48,840 bases of DNA from Flavobacteriales bacterium (GTDB lineage Bacteria; Bacteroidota; Bacteroidia; Flavobacteriales; BACL11). A program made the translations under genes and the position numbers. Positions 1-9,520 of the stretch are shown here, in pieces. The notes under the pieces are model-generated. The model was given only the letters and a program-made list of their open reading frames with translations. It was not told where the DNA came from and searched no databases. The DNA lies in the NCBI GenBank assembly GCA_002712715.1, contig PAUF01000016.1, forward strand, positions 68-48,907, given 5' to 3'. Positions within the stretch are counted from its first letter, which is position 1, and each line of letters starts with the position of its first letter.

Positions 1-17
1 TTGAGGTTTAATTTGAG

Positions 18-92
18 TGGGCGATGAGGGACTCGAACCCCCGACTTCCTCCTTGTAAGGGAGGCACTCTGAACCAACTGAGTTAATCGCCC
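18..92 (-). tRNA. tRNA-Val (anticodon UAC); CCA not encoded
   Basis: Reverse complement GGGCGATTAACTCAGTTGGTTCAGAGTGCCTCCCTTACAAGGAGGAAGTCGGGGGTTCGAGTCCCTCATCGCCCA folds as a cloverleaf: acceptor GGGCGAT/ATCGCCC, anticodon arm CCTCC-CTTACAA-GGAGG, T-loop GTTCGAG. Confidence 0.97.
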
Positions 93-104
93 ATTTAATG
101 TTGG

Positions 105-112
105 CAAATATA
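105..112 (-). promoter_or_regulatory. Bacteroidota -7 promoter box (TATATTTG) for tRNA-Val
   Basis: Exact TAnnTTTG match 12 nt upstream of the tRNA 5' end. Confidence 0.7.
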
Positions 113-150
113 AATGATTTATAATGACTAACAATATATAATTCTTTTTT

Positions 151-1368
151 TTAAATAACCTCTGCAACTACGAAAGTGCTGCCTCCAATAAAAATGCAAT
201 CTTTTTTATCTGCATTCTCTTTAGCTGCATTAAGAGCATTTGAAACACTGTTATATATATTTCCTTTTAATCCATGTTTTAATGCTTGTTTAAAAAGAAC
301 TTCTTTGGGTAAAGATCTAGAGTTTTTAGCTTCACAGAAATAGTATTTAGCTTTTTTTGGAAGTATTTTCAAAATCTCATCAATTTTCTTTTCCTTAACA
401 ATACCAAAAACTATATGAAGTTCTTTAATGCCCAAATCTTTTAATTGTTCAACATTGTGCCTTATGCCATCTAAATTGTGAGCTGTATCAGTAATTATTA
501 TAGGAATTTTTGATAATATTTGCCATCTTCCCAATATTGAAGTATTTGATATGGTATTTAGTAATCCTGTTTTAATATTGAAATCAGATATTTTATATCC
601 TTTCTCATTAAGAATCCAAGTTGCTTGTACGGCAGTAGCTATATTTTCTTTTTGATAATTTCCAGTTAAGTCAGATACATATTTTATATCATTATTTGTA
701 AAGTAAATTTTAGATTTTAATTTTCTTGCTTTTTGTAGAAAAACATGTAGGCAGTCTTGCTGTTTTCTTCCTAATATTACTGGGGTTTTTTCTTTTATTA
801 TACCTGATTTTTCTTTAGCTATTTCTTCAATGGTATCTCCTAAAAGATTGTTGTGGTCATGGCTAATGTTAGTAATAATTGATAAAATTGGATTTATAAT
901 GTTGGTGCTATCTAGTCTTCCTCCAAGACCAGTTTCAATTATTGCAATATCTACTTTTTTTTCGGCAAAATAGTTAAAAGCTAATGCTACTGTCATTTCA
1001 AAAAAAGACATGTTTATTTTTTCAAATTCAAACTTATGTTTACTTATAAATTTTGTTATATAATCTTTTGATATCATTTCACCATTAATTTTAATTCTTT
1101 CTCTAAAGTCTTTTAAATGAGGTGAAGTATACAGCCCAACTTTATAATTGGCCTCATACATGATTGAAGCAATCATATGTGAAGTTGACCCTTTTCCGTT
1201 AGTCCCCGCAATGTGTATTGATTGGAATTTTTTATGAGGTTTTTTTAATATTTTGACAGCATTTACAATATTGCCAATGTTATCTTTATATGCTGATTTT
1301 CCTATTTTTTGGTACATAGGAAGTCTCCGAAACAAGTATTTTATTGTTTCATCAAAATCAGTCATCAT
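151..1368 (-). CDS. folC: Bifunctional folylpolyglutamate synthase/dihydrofolate synthase
   Basis: Motifs IHIAGTNGKGS, YTSPHL..FRERI, ETGLGGRLDSTN, DTAHN.DG, GGSTFVVAE. Confidence 0.96.
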   Translation of the reverse strand: MMTDFDETIKYLFRRLPMYQKIGKSAYKDNIGNIVNAVKILKKPHKKFQSIHIAGTNGKGSTSHMIASIMYEANYKVGLYTSPHLKDFRERIKINGEMISKDYITKFISKHKFEFEKINMSFFEMTVALAFNYFAEKKVDIAIIETGLGGRLDSTNIINPILSIITNISHDHNNLLGDTIEEIAKEKSGIIKEKTPVILGRKQQDCLHVFLQKARKLKSKIYFTNNDIKYVSDLTGNYQKENIATAVQATWILNEKGYKISDFNIKTGLLNTISNTSILGRWQILSKIPIIITDTAHNLDGIRHNVEQLKDLGIKELHIVFGIVKEKKIDEILKILPKKAKYYFCEAKNSRSLPKEVLFKQALKHGLKGNIYNSVSNALNAAKENADKKDCIFIGGSTFVVAEVI

Positions 1369-2174
1369 CTATTATTTTCGCTAGCTAATAAAAAGTAATA
1401 CAAAATATATCCCTTTTCTTTTTTCCCATCTTCTTTAATAGCAAATGATGATTTTCTTGCCGCTTCTTTTGCACGTTTTTCATGATGTGATTCGCACTTC
1501 GATAATGAATCTATGACTATGGGATTCGTAATTGACCCATTTGCTTCTATAGTGAAGCTAACATAAACATATTTAGTATTATATTCGGTTATCTCATCTT
1601 CTGTAATCTCTTTTGATGTAGGCTTTTTAATATTAGCTGATCTTTTAGAACCAGTTGTCCCATAATTATATCCATTTGATTCACCGTTATAGAAACCTTT
1701 ATTATTAATACTTTTTGTTGGTAAATGATTTAAAATGTCTTTTATTTTTTTTTCAGAATGATCTGTGTTTAGGTTATTTTTTAATAACTCATTTATCTTT
1801 TTTTGTTTTTCTTTTATTTCAGAGTCATCCTCTTTATTGGCACTTAGATTTTCTTTAGGTGCTTCAGGATTATCTTCCTGTGTTTTATTTGCATTATTTT
1901 TTTTAGGTTCTATTATGTTGTTATCAGCGACTTTAAATTCATCAGTATTGTTTTCTTCTTCATTATTCGTGTTTGATTCTGAATGATCCTGTTTAGTATT
2001 TGTTATAGATGAAGGGCCACTACTCTCAGCGAGTTCTATTATTATACTCTCAGGAGGATCAGGAGGGTCTTTAAATTCTATTCCTAAATTGTATAGTATT
2101 ATGACTAATAGTATATGAGTTACAATAGAAATACACCATCCAATAAGTCTATTTTTTTTATGAGAAAAATTCAT
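1365..2174 (-). CDS. TonB-family energy transducer (divergent)
   Basis: N-terminal TM helix with S-x3-H (SIVTH), long polar low-complexity linker, C-terminal TonB_C-like segment (VYVSFTIEANGSI...AKEAARKSSF...GYILYYF); follows exbB-exbD. Confidence 0.75.
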   Translation of the reverse strand: MNFSHKKNRLIGWCISIVTHILLVIILYNLGIEFKDPPDPPESIIIELAESSGPSSITNTKQDHSESNTNNEEENNTDEFKVADNNIIEPKKNNANKTQEDNPEAPKENLSANKEDDSEIKEKQKKINELLKNNLNTDHSEKKIKDILNHLPTKSINNKGFYNGESNGYNYGTTGSKRSANIKKPTSKEITEDEITEYNTKYVYVSFTIEANGSITNPIVIDSLSKCESHHEKRAKEAARKSSFAIKEDGKKEKGYILYYFLLASENNR

Positions 2175-2180
2175 TATATT

Positions 2181-2597
2181 CTATTTTGTTGCTAATGCAA
2201 TTTTCCAACTATTTTCTCTAGCTATATCTAGTATTTCAACTATATATTTAATATCAACTGTTTCATCTGCTCGTAAACTTATTTCTAGATTAGTTGTGTC
2301 TGTTTTTGTCTTAAAGTTTATTAATTTTAGTGAATCTTCTAATGCGGTAATTAGTTCTTTTTCCTTTGGCTTGATCCGTTGTGAATTAATTGAATAGTGT
2401 AAATTAGAGTCAATTTGTAGTATAATACTTTTTTGTTCAATTGATGAAGAAGTACTGTAAGGTAAATTCAACGTTACAGCGTGAGGACTCATTAGAGTTG
2501 CGGTTATCATAAAGAAAATAAGTAAAAGAAAGACAATATCTGTCATTGATGACATGTTAAAATTTGGATCAATCTTGTTCTTTCTTTCTAAATTCAT
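2181..2597 (-). CDS. exbD: Biopolymer transport protein ExbD/TolR
   Basis: NMSSMTDIVFLLLIFFMI TM motif with the conserved Asp; LRADETV in the periplasmic domain. Confidence 0.93.
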   Translation of the reverse strand: MNLERKNKIDPNFNMSSMTDIVFLLLIFFMITATLMSPHAVTLNLPYSTSSSIEQKSIILQIDSNLHYSINSQRIKPKEKELITALEDSLKLINFKTKTDTTNLEISLRADETVDIKYIVEILDIARENSWKIALATK

Positions 2598-2600
2598 ACG

Positions 2601-3260
2601 TTATTGCTTAATTTTTTCAATGAATTCATTAGTTTCTTTTTCTATAATTTGAATTATGTTATTTACTTTGGAAGAAAGGAAGTTATAAGAAACATATGAA
2701 ACGATTCCAACAATCAGTCCTGCTACTGTTGTTACCATGGCAGTATAAATTCCTTCGGAAAGAACTTTGATTTCAATATTTTCTCCAGATGTTGACATGG
2801 AATGAAATGCAAGAATCATTCCAATTACTGTTCCTAGGAAACCAATCATTGGGGCAACACCAGATATTGTTCCTAATCCAGACAGATTTTTTTCAATCAA
2901 AGCTAATTCATATTTTCCTTTATTTTGTACAGCAAGATTGATTTCTTCAATTGGTTTTTTATGTTTTAAAATAGCTTGTTCAAGTATTCTTGCAAGAGGA
3001 TGATCTGCGTTTTGACATAAATTAATTGCATCATCTATTTTATCAGAATTAGTCAAGGATGACAATTCATCTAATGAAGGTAATTTATTTAATTTAGATA
3101 TATTATGTAGAGTCACAGTTCTTTCAACTAGAATATATATGGTTATGAGAGATAGTATAGCTAGTATAATTAAAATTATGTCAGAAGGTAATCCACCAGA
3201 CTCAATTAACTGAAATAGGCTTATTTTAGCATTCATTTGGTTTAGAAATAAGGTTTCCAT
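2601..3260 (-). CDS. exbB: MotA/TolQ/ExbB proton channel protein
   Basis: APMIGFLGTVIGMILAF and GIYTAMVTTVAGLIVGI motifs. Confidence 0.93.
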   Translation of the reverse strand: METLFLNQMNAKISLFQLIESGGLPSDIILIILAILSLITIYILVERTVTLHNISKLNKLPSLDELSSLTNSDKIDDAINLCQNADHPLARILEQAILKHKKPIEEINLAVQNKGKYELALIEKNLSGLGTISGVAPMIGFLGTVIGMILAFHSMSTSGENIEIKVLSEGIYTAMVTTVAGLIVGIVSYVSYNFLSSKVNNIIQIIEKETNEFIEKIKQ

Positions 3261-3276
3261 ACTGTATGTTTTAATA

Positions 3277-4785
3277 TTAACGTTTAGTAATTAATTTATT
3301 GTGATTAGATTTATCGGAAATGGTTATCTCTATTTCTAAATTATTAGATGTGATTTCATCTTTTGTATTTGAAGTTTCTATAAGATAATATGTTAACGCC
3401 CCCGCTATATATCCAATTAATGCTAAAAATGATATTTTTTTCAAATACCATATAAAATCTATTTTAAGTATTCCCATAACAGCAACTCCAGCTGCTGATC
3501 CTATAATTAGTACTGATCCACCAGTGCCTGCGCAGTAAGCTAAAAATTCCCAAAATGAATGATCTTGTGGATAAGCTAAAATTCCCTCTTGTATTGCTCC
3601 TATATTATACATCCCCATCGCTCCAGCTACTAAAGGAACGTTGTCTACTAGTGCAGATAATAATCCTACTAATACATTAATTATATATATTTTATTTTCA
3701 CCAGAAAAGGTGCTTTCCAAGTATTTTGCAACAATATCTAATTGTCCTGCTGATTGAAGTCCAGCAACAGCTAATAAAATCCCTAAAAAGAAAAATATTG
3801 TTGGCGTATCTACTTTCTTTAAAACACCTATTACTGATAAGTGAGTTTTCTGTTCATGATTCTTTTTTCGGTGTATGATTTCAGTGGTTACCCATAAAAT
3901 CCCAAGTGAGAGTAACATTCCAACATACGGAGGAAGACCTGTAAAAACCTTAAATACAGGAACAAATAACAATCCTAAAACTCCCATATAAAAAATGAGA
4001 TTTCTCTCAAAAGATGTTGTTGGGTTGATTAAATGCTCATTTAATTGTGTTACATTTGGAGCTTCGATACTTCCTTTTAATTTGAAAGAAATATAAATTA
4101 ATGGAACAATCATACAAATCAAAGAAGGAATAAATAGAGATGATATAATATTCCAAGCTGAAACCTGTCCACCTATCCAAAGCATAATTGTAGTGACATC
4201 ACCCATTGGTGACCATGCGCCTCCAGCATTTGCTGAAATAATAATCATACCAGCAAACAACCATAAGTCTTGCTTACCTTTAATCATTTTTGATAGTAAG
4301 GCAGCCATTACTATTGAAGTTGTTAGGTTGTCTAAAACAGCAGAAAAGAAAAACGTGATAATGCATAGGATCCACATTAGCGGCACTTTCTTTCTAGTTG
4401 TTATTTTATCAGTAATAATAGAAAATCCTTCATGTGCATCTACTAATTCTACTATTGTCATTGCAGCAAGAAGAAAAAATAGAATTTCTCCTATATCTAC
4501 TAAATGATGAGAAAGTTCATATTTTAAAAATTTAATTGGTTTAACAAGCTCTTCTGCTGGGTAAGATCCTATTTCTTTTAATGCTAGAAATTTAGTTTTA
4601 AATTTCTCATAAAATTCTATAAGAAAATCTTGTAATACTAGTTCATCTATTCCAAGTGCTAATATCCCCCATATTAATCCTCCCATTAGTAAAGCAGATC
4701 CTGCTTTGTCAATTTTTAATGGGTGTTCTAGGGCTATAGCAATATAACCTAGCACAAATATAGTTATCATCGATGTAATTATCAT
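3277..4785 (-). CDS. nhaD: Na+/H+ antiporter, NhaD family
   Basis: Multi-TM protein with LDNLTT, NAGGAWSPMGDVTT, LVDNVPLV and AGTGGS.LIIGSAAGV motifs. Confidence 0.92.
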   Translation of the reverse strand: MIITSMITIFVLGYIAIALEHPLKIDKAGSALLMGGLIWGILALGIDELVLQDFLIEFYEKFKTKFLALKEIGSYPAEELVKPIKFLKYELSHHLVDIGEILFFLLAAMTIVELVDAHEGFSIITDKITTRKKVPLMWILCIITFFFSAVLDNLTTSIVMAALLSKMIKGKQDLWLFAGMIIISANAGGAWSPMGDVTTIMLWIGGQVSAWNIISSLFIPSLICMIVPLIYISFKLKGSIEAPNVTQLNEHLINPTTSFERNLIFYMGVLGLLFVPVFKVFTGLPPYVGMLLSLGILWVTTEIIHRKKNHEQKTHLSVIGVLKKVDTPTIFFFLGILLAVAGLQSAGQLDIVAKYLESTFSGENKIYIINVLVGLLSALVDNVPLVAGAMGMYNIGAIQEGILAYPQDHSFWEFLAYCAGTGGSVLIIGSAAGVAVMGILKIDFIWYLKKISFLALIGYIAGALTYYLIETSNTKDEITSNNLEIEITISDKSNHNKLITKR

Positions 4786-4791
4786 ATAATT

Positions 4792-5952
4792 TTATTTTTC
4801 TAAATATACAGTAGTTGATGGGAAAGCGAAGTCAGATCCATTTTCCTTCACTATTTCCATTATTTTGTAGTTTATTTCCTGTCTTACGTTAATAAGATCA
4901 TCCCAACCTGGACTATTGACATAGTATAGGACAAGAATATCTAAAGAACTGCTGCCAAATTCCTGAAACCTAACTCTACCTCTTTCATCATTTGTTTCTT
5001 CTGGATTTGGTGATGTTGTGTTCGGATGAGAATCTATCATAGTTTGTATGTCAGAAACAATTTTTTTAATTTGATCTACAGAAGTATTGTATGTCAGGCC
5101 AATTGAAAATTTAATTCTTCTTATAGGTCTCAATCCTAAATTATCTAGCTCAGCATCAATCATTTTTTTATTTGGCAGCGTGACAAGACTTTTGTCAAAA
5201 GTTCTGATTCTTGTGCTTCTAAAACCAACTTTTTCGACTACACCAGTAATATTGCCAACCGTTACTAAATCACCAACTGTAAAGGGTTTGTCAATAAAAA
5301 TTGTAAATGAACCAAGAAGATTTTCTAGACTCTCCTTTGAAGCCATGGCAAGTGCAATCCCACCAATACCTAAACCAGCAATTACTGCTCCTATTTCAAT
5401 TTTAAAAACATTACTTAAAACAATAGATATTGCAATAATCCATGCCAAAAATTTTACTATTTCTATAGCAAAAGGGACTAATTGATCGTCCATTTTGTTT
5501 TCTGATTCTTGAGCTTTCTGTATAAATATTAAACCAATAAAATCAATAATTCTTAGTGCAATTCTAAAAATAGAATAAATGATTATTAAAGAAAACCCTC
5601 GATATAAAATCATTTTAATTCCAAATACATATTTAATTGAATCTCCTATTTGAACTTCATATGGCCAAGAATAGGGTAGTTGAATTTTTGAAGATCCAAT
5701 GAAAATTATAATTAACATTACGAAAAAAGAAATAGGTTTTGTTAATAGATTATCAAATTTCTCAACTCCTAATCTGGTTTCTTTTTTCCCAATTATTTTA
5801 TATAAGTAATGACTTAAGTATTTAGAGATTATTCCTTTGAATATAAGTCCTAAAATTATAGATGAAATAAAAATTAAAATTGATTCATTAGTATTGCCCC
5901 ATATTAAGTTTTGTGATAGAAATTCTTTTATGTTTTCTAAACTTAGATCCAT
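4792..5952 (-). CDS. Small-conductance mechanosensitive channel, MscS family
   Basis: AGLGIGGIALAMA helix, DKPFTVGD...G.VEKVGFRSTRIRT and terminal FAFPS; extra N-terminal TM helices. Confidence 0.93.
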   Translation of the reverse strand: MDLSLENIKEFLSQNLIWGNTNESILIFISSIILGLIFKGIISKYLSHYLYKIIGKKETRLGVEKFDNLLTKPISFFVMLIIIFIGSSKIQLPYSWPYEVQIGDSIKYVFGIKMILYRGFSLIIIYSIFRIALRIIDFIGLIFIQKAQESENKMDDQLVPFAIEIVKFLAWIIAISIVLSNVFKIEIGAVIAGLGIGGIALAMASKESLENLLGSFTIFIDKPFTVGDLVTVGNITGVVEKVGFRSTRIRTFDKSLVTLPNKKMIDAELDNLGLRPIRRIKFSIGLTYNTSVDQIKKIVSDIQTMIDSHPNTTSPNPEETNDERGRVRFQEFGSSSLDILVLYYVNSPGWDDLINVRQEINYKIMEIVKENGSDFAFPSTTVYLEK

Positions 5953-5958
5953 ATTTTT

Positions 5959-7185
5959 TTAAATTAATTGATTTAATGCAATTTCAAGCGATGTTCTTGA
6001 AATGTTTTTTTTGTAAGGGTTTGCTTCATATGTTTTTTTCATGGATTTTTTGATGGTATTAGAAACAGCTTCAAATATAGGAATGTCACTTATTTCTATA
6101 TCTTCTTCCATAAAATATGAGAATGCTCGAGCCATACCACAATTAGCGATAAAGTCAGGTATAACACTAATGCGATTATCAACATTTTTCGAAATTGGTC
6201 CAAAGAAAATTTCTTTATCTGCAAATGGAACATTAGCTCCACTTGAAATAAGTTCTAATCCATGATTAATCATAGTATCTATTTGTTCTTGTGTGACGAT
6301 TCTAGAAGCTGCTGCGGGCACGAAAATATCCGCTCCAACATTCCATATTTCACGGTTAACTAAATCAAAACTCATCATTTCATCTAACTCTAGATGATTT
6401 GAAGTTCTCTTTTGAAGTAAGTCACTAATATATTTAAAATCAAAACCATCCTGATTAATGATTCCACCATTTTTATCAATTATTCCTACAATTTTTGCTC
6501 CTAATTGAGCAAGGTAATATGCTGCTGAGCCTGCGACATTGCCCCATCCTTGGATAATCACTTTTTTGTTTTGTAATTCACCTCCATAAATTGAGTAGTA
6601 ATGCTTGATAGATTCTGATACACCATATCCAGTAATTAAATCACCTACAGTATATTTTTTTTGGGGATTTGGAGTCAAACAAGCATTGGTAATTATAAAA
6701 GGGACGCCTTCAGAAAGTTGTTTAAATATCTTGTTTTTTTCTTCTGTAGTTTTATTATAGTGACCATTAATTACTCCTTCAAGCGGAAAGAGAATGCCTT
6801 GTTTTTTACATATAGGAATAACATCTTCTACTTCATCAACATTCATATCTCCACCAGTTCCATAATAGGTTTTTAATAGTGATCTGGCAGCTTTATACCA
6901 TCTGTTTAGAACTTCCTTTTTTCTTGGGTCTTTAGGGTTGAAATTGATTCCTGATTTTGCTCCACCTATTGATGGTCCAGCTACGGTGAATTTTACCTCC
7001 ATGGTTTTCGCAAGAGCAGTTACTTCTTCTTCATTTACTCCAATTCTCATTCGTGTCCCTCCAGCCGCTGCTCCTCCCTTTAGAGAATTAATGACAATCC
7101 ATCCTTCAGCATCCGTATATGGATCTTTCCATTTAAATACTATCTCAGGTTTTTTGTTCTCAAAATTCTTTAATAGATTTTCCAT
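5959..7185 (-). CDS. Glu/Leu/Phe/Val dehydrogenase family protein
   Basis: GGTRM, MEVK, GGAKSGI, IQGWGNV Rossmann motif, GANVP, PDFIANCG; substrate not determinable from sequence. Confidence 0.88.
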   Translation of the reverse strand: MENLLKNFENKKPEIVFKWKDPYTDAEGWIVINSLKGGAAAGGTRMRIGVNEEEVTALAKTMEVKFTVAGPSIGGAKSGINFNPKDPRKKEVLNRWYKAARSLLKTYYGTGGDMNVDEVEDVIPICKKQGILFPLEGVINGHYNKTTEEKNKIFKQLSEGVPFIITNACLTPNPQKKYTVGDLITGYGVSESIKHYYSIYGGELQNKKVIIQGWGNVAGSAAYYLAQLGAKIVGIIDKNGGIINQDGFDFKYISDLLQKRTSNHLELDEMMSFDLVNREIWNVGADIFVPAAASRIVTQEQIDTMINHGLELISSGANVPFADKEIFFGPISKNVDNRISVIPDFIANCGMARAFSYFMEEDIEISDIPIFEAVSNTIKKSMKKTYEANPYKKNISRTSLEIALNQLI

Positions 7186-7209
7186 TAGTTAGAACTTTTT
7201 TAATCGTTG

Positions 7210-7217
7210 CAAATGTA
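7210..7217 (-). promoter_or_regulatory. -7 promoter box (TACATTTG) upstream of the gdh...folC gene run
   Basis: TAnnTTTG match 24 nt upstream of the start at 7185. Confidence 0.65.
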
Positions 7218-7252
7218 ATAAAATAGCTTAATAAAATTTTATTATTATTCTC

Positions 7253-8302
7253 TTATTTAATATAGATATCCCCACAACATGAGTCTCTGCTAGCACCAGT
7301 TACGCTACTTAAACAATTGATTTCAGATCGGATTGCCAACACTCCTATAAGGCAAAAAACAATAGCTTCCTTATAATTTATAAGATTAATTGATCTTAAA
7401 TTTAGTTCTTTTTTTGTGATATTTCTTAGTCTCTTAATTAAAAATTTATTGTGAGCTCCTCCTCCTGTAATTAAAATCTTATCATTTTTTATATATTGTG
7501 AGATTTGAATTGATATATGTTCGCAGAATGTTCTGATTTTATCCTCAATACTGTAGTTGTATTTTTTTAGGATTGGAAAAATGTATTTTTCAACCCATTC
7601 TCTAGAAAGAGATTTAGGAGGATCCTTTTGATAAAAATTTAGATTATTTAACTCTTCAAGCAAATCATATTGGAGAAATCCTTCACTTGCCATTTCTCCA
7701 TTGTAGTCGAATTCTTTGTTTTTAACTTTACTGAGAAAATTTAGCACATAATTTACTGGGCATATGTCAAAAGCAGATATTTTCTTTTTGTCTTTAATAG
7801 TTATATTCGCAAATCCTCCTAAGTTTAGGTATAATTCATATTCTTTGAAAAATAAAACATCTCCAATTGGAACTAATGGAGCTCCTTGTCCATCTAATGA
7901 AATATCTAGTTGTCTAAAGTTACATATTGTTGTGATGTTAGTGATTTGAGATATGGTTTTACCACATCCAATTTGTAGTGTTTTACCCTTTTCAGGTTCA
8001 TGAAATATAGTATGTCCATGTGATGATATATAATCACATTGGATATTTTCTTTTTTAATAAAATTTAATATTTCATTGCCTATAAATTCACCATATTCTT
8101 CATGTATATTAGTTAAATTTTTGCCTGATTCATTATGAGCATTGGAAAGAATATTCTTCCAATATTTGTTGTAATTTACTGTTTTATATTTTTCTAATTT
8201 ATAGTTCCATTTTTCATTTTTAAATACAAGACATTTAACTAAATCTATACCATCTAGTGATGTTCCAGACATTACTCCAATTACGTGGTATTTGTGATTC
8301 AT
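7253..8302 (-). CDS. anmK: Anhydro-N-acetylmuramic acid kinase (start moved from 8353 to ATG 8302)
   Basis: GVMSGTSLDGID, SHGHTIFH, GQGAPLVP, LNLGGFANIT, TGGGAHN, KEA motifs. The track's TTG at 8353 lies inside a TAnnTTTG promoter box. Confidence 0.92.
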   Translation of the reverse strand: MNHKYHVIGVMSGTSLDGIDLVKCLVFKNEKWNYKLEKYKTVNYNKYWKNILSNAHNESGKNLTNIHEEYGEFIGNEILNFIKKENIQCDYISSHGHTIFHEPEKGKTLQIGCGKTISQITNITTICNFRQLDISLDGQGAPLVPIGDVLFFKEYELYLNLGGFANITIKDKKKISAFDICPVNYVLNFLSKVKNKEFDYNGEMASEGFLQYDLLEELNNLNFYQKDPPKSLSREWVEKYIFPILKKYNYSIEDKIRTFCEHISIQISQYIKNDKILITGGGAHNKFLIKRLRNITKKELNLRSINLINYKEAIVFCLIGVLAIRSEINCLSSVTGASRDSCCGDIYIK

Positions 8303-8336
8303 ATCAAATAATTTATTAAAATAGATGAAAAATGAG

Positions 8337-8358
8337 TATTTTTGTTTTTCCAAATTTA
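8337..8358. promoter_or_regulatory. Pair of opposed -7 boxes: TATTTTTG (+, 8337-8344) and TAAATTTG (-, 8351-8358)
   Basis: Two exact TAnnTTTG matches 6 nt apart in the anmK/acyl-CoA dehydrogenase spacer. Confidence 0.55.
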
Positions 8359-8374
8359 ATAAATAATAGAATAA

Positions 8375-9514
8375 ATGAACTTTGATTTAAGTGAAGAACA
8401 TGAGATGATTAGATCAGCTGCTAGAGATTTCGCTAACAATGATCTATTACCTGGTGTTATCGAGAGAGATGAAAACCAGGAATTCCCTCATAATCAAATA
8501 AAAAAATTAGGTGAATTAGGTTTTATGGGAATGATGGTTGATCCGAAATATGGTGGTTCAGGAATGGATACTATATCATATGTGTTAGCTATGGAAGAGA
8601 TTTCAAAAATTGACGCTTCATCATCTGTGGTGATGTCAGTAAATAATTCTTTAGTTTGTTGGGGGCTTGAAAAATTTGGAAATGAGCAACAAAAACAGAA
8701 GTATCTTAATCCTTTGGCGAAAGGTGAAAAAATTGGAGCATTTTGTCTTTCTGAACCCGAGGCTGGTAGTGATGCAACCTCTCAAAAAACTACTGCTATT
8801 GATCATGGAGATTACTACATATTAAATGGAACAAAGAATTGGATTACTAATGGAAGTACAGCTTCAATATATTTAGTGATTGCACAAACAGATATTAATA
8901 AAGGTCATAAAGGTATAAATGCTTTTATTGTAGATAAAGATTCTCCTGGATTTACTATTGGTCCTAAGGAAAATAAATTAGGAATTAGAGGATCTGATAC
9001 CCATTCTTTAATGTTTTCAGATGTTAAGATACCAAAAGAAAATAGAATTGGTGAGGATGGTTTTGGATTTAAGTTTGCTATGAAAACTTTATCAGGAGGT
9101 AGAATAGGTATAGCTGCCCAAGCGTTAGGAATTGCTTCAGGAGCATATGAGTTGTCTTTACAATATTCTAAGGAAAGAAAATCTTTTGGTAAAGAAATTA
9201 ATAAACATCAAGCAATTGCTTTTAAGTTAGCAGATATGGCGACTCAGATTGACGCTGCTAGATTAATGTGTTTAAAAGCAGCTTGGTTAAAAGATAATAA
9301 TAAGGATTATAGTAAACTTAGCGCTATGGCTAAACTTTACGCTTCTGAAGTAGCTATGAAATCTACAGTGGAAGCTGTTCAAATTCATGGAGGCTATGGG
9401 TTTGTTAAGGAATATCATGTAGAAAGATTAATGAGAGACGCTAAAATTACTCAGATATATGAAGGAACATCTGAAATTCAAAGAATTGTTATTTCTAGAT
9501 CTGTATTAAAATAG
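8375..9514 (+). CDS. Acyl-CoA dehydrogenase (short-chain/butyryl-CoA type)
   Basis: GAFCLSEPEAGSDA, NGTKNWITN, GGRIGIAAQA, QIHGGYG and catalytic IYEGTSEIQ motifs. Confidence 0.95.
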   Translation: MNFDLSEEHEMIRSAARDFANNDLLPGVIERDENQEFPHNQIKKLGELGFMGMMVDPKYGGSGMDTISYVLAMEEISKIDASSSVVMSVNNSLVCWGLEKFGNEQQKQKYLNPLAKGEKIGAFCLSEPEAGSDATSQKTTAIDHGDYYILNGTKNWITNGSTASIYLVIAQTDINKGHKGINAFIVDKDSPGFTIGPKENKLGIRGSDTHSLMFSDVKIPKENRIGEDGFGFKFAMKTLSGGRIGIAAQALGIASGAYELSLQYSKERKSFGKEINKHQAIAFKLADMATQIDAARLMCLKAAWLKDNNKDYSKLSAMAKLYASEVAMKSTVEAVQIHGGYGFVKEYHVERLMRDAKITQIYEGTSEIQRIVISRSVLK

Positions 9515-9520
9515 AAAAAT

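Noticed and set aside
1-150. tRNA-Val as an integration site for a mobile element
   Set aside because: No integrase or duplicated tRNA 3' end was noticed, and only 17 nt downstream of the tRNA are inside the window, so this cannot be assessed.
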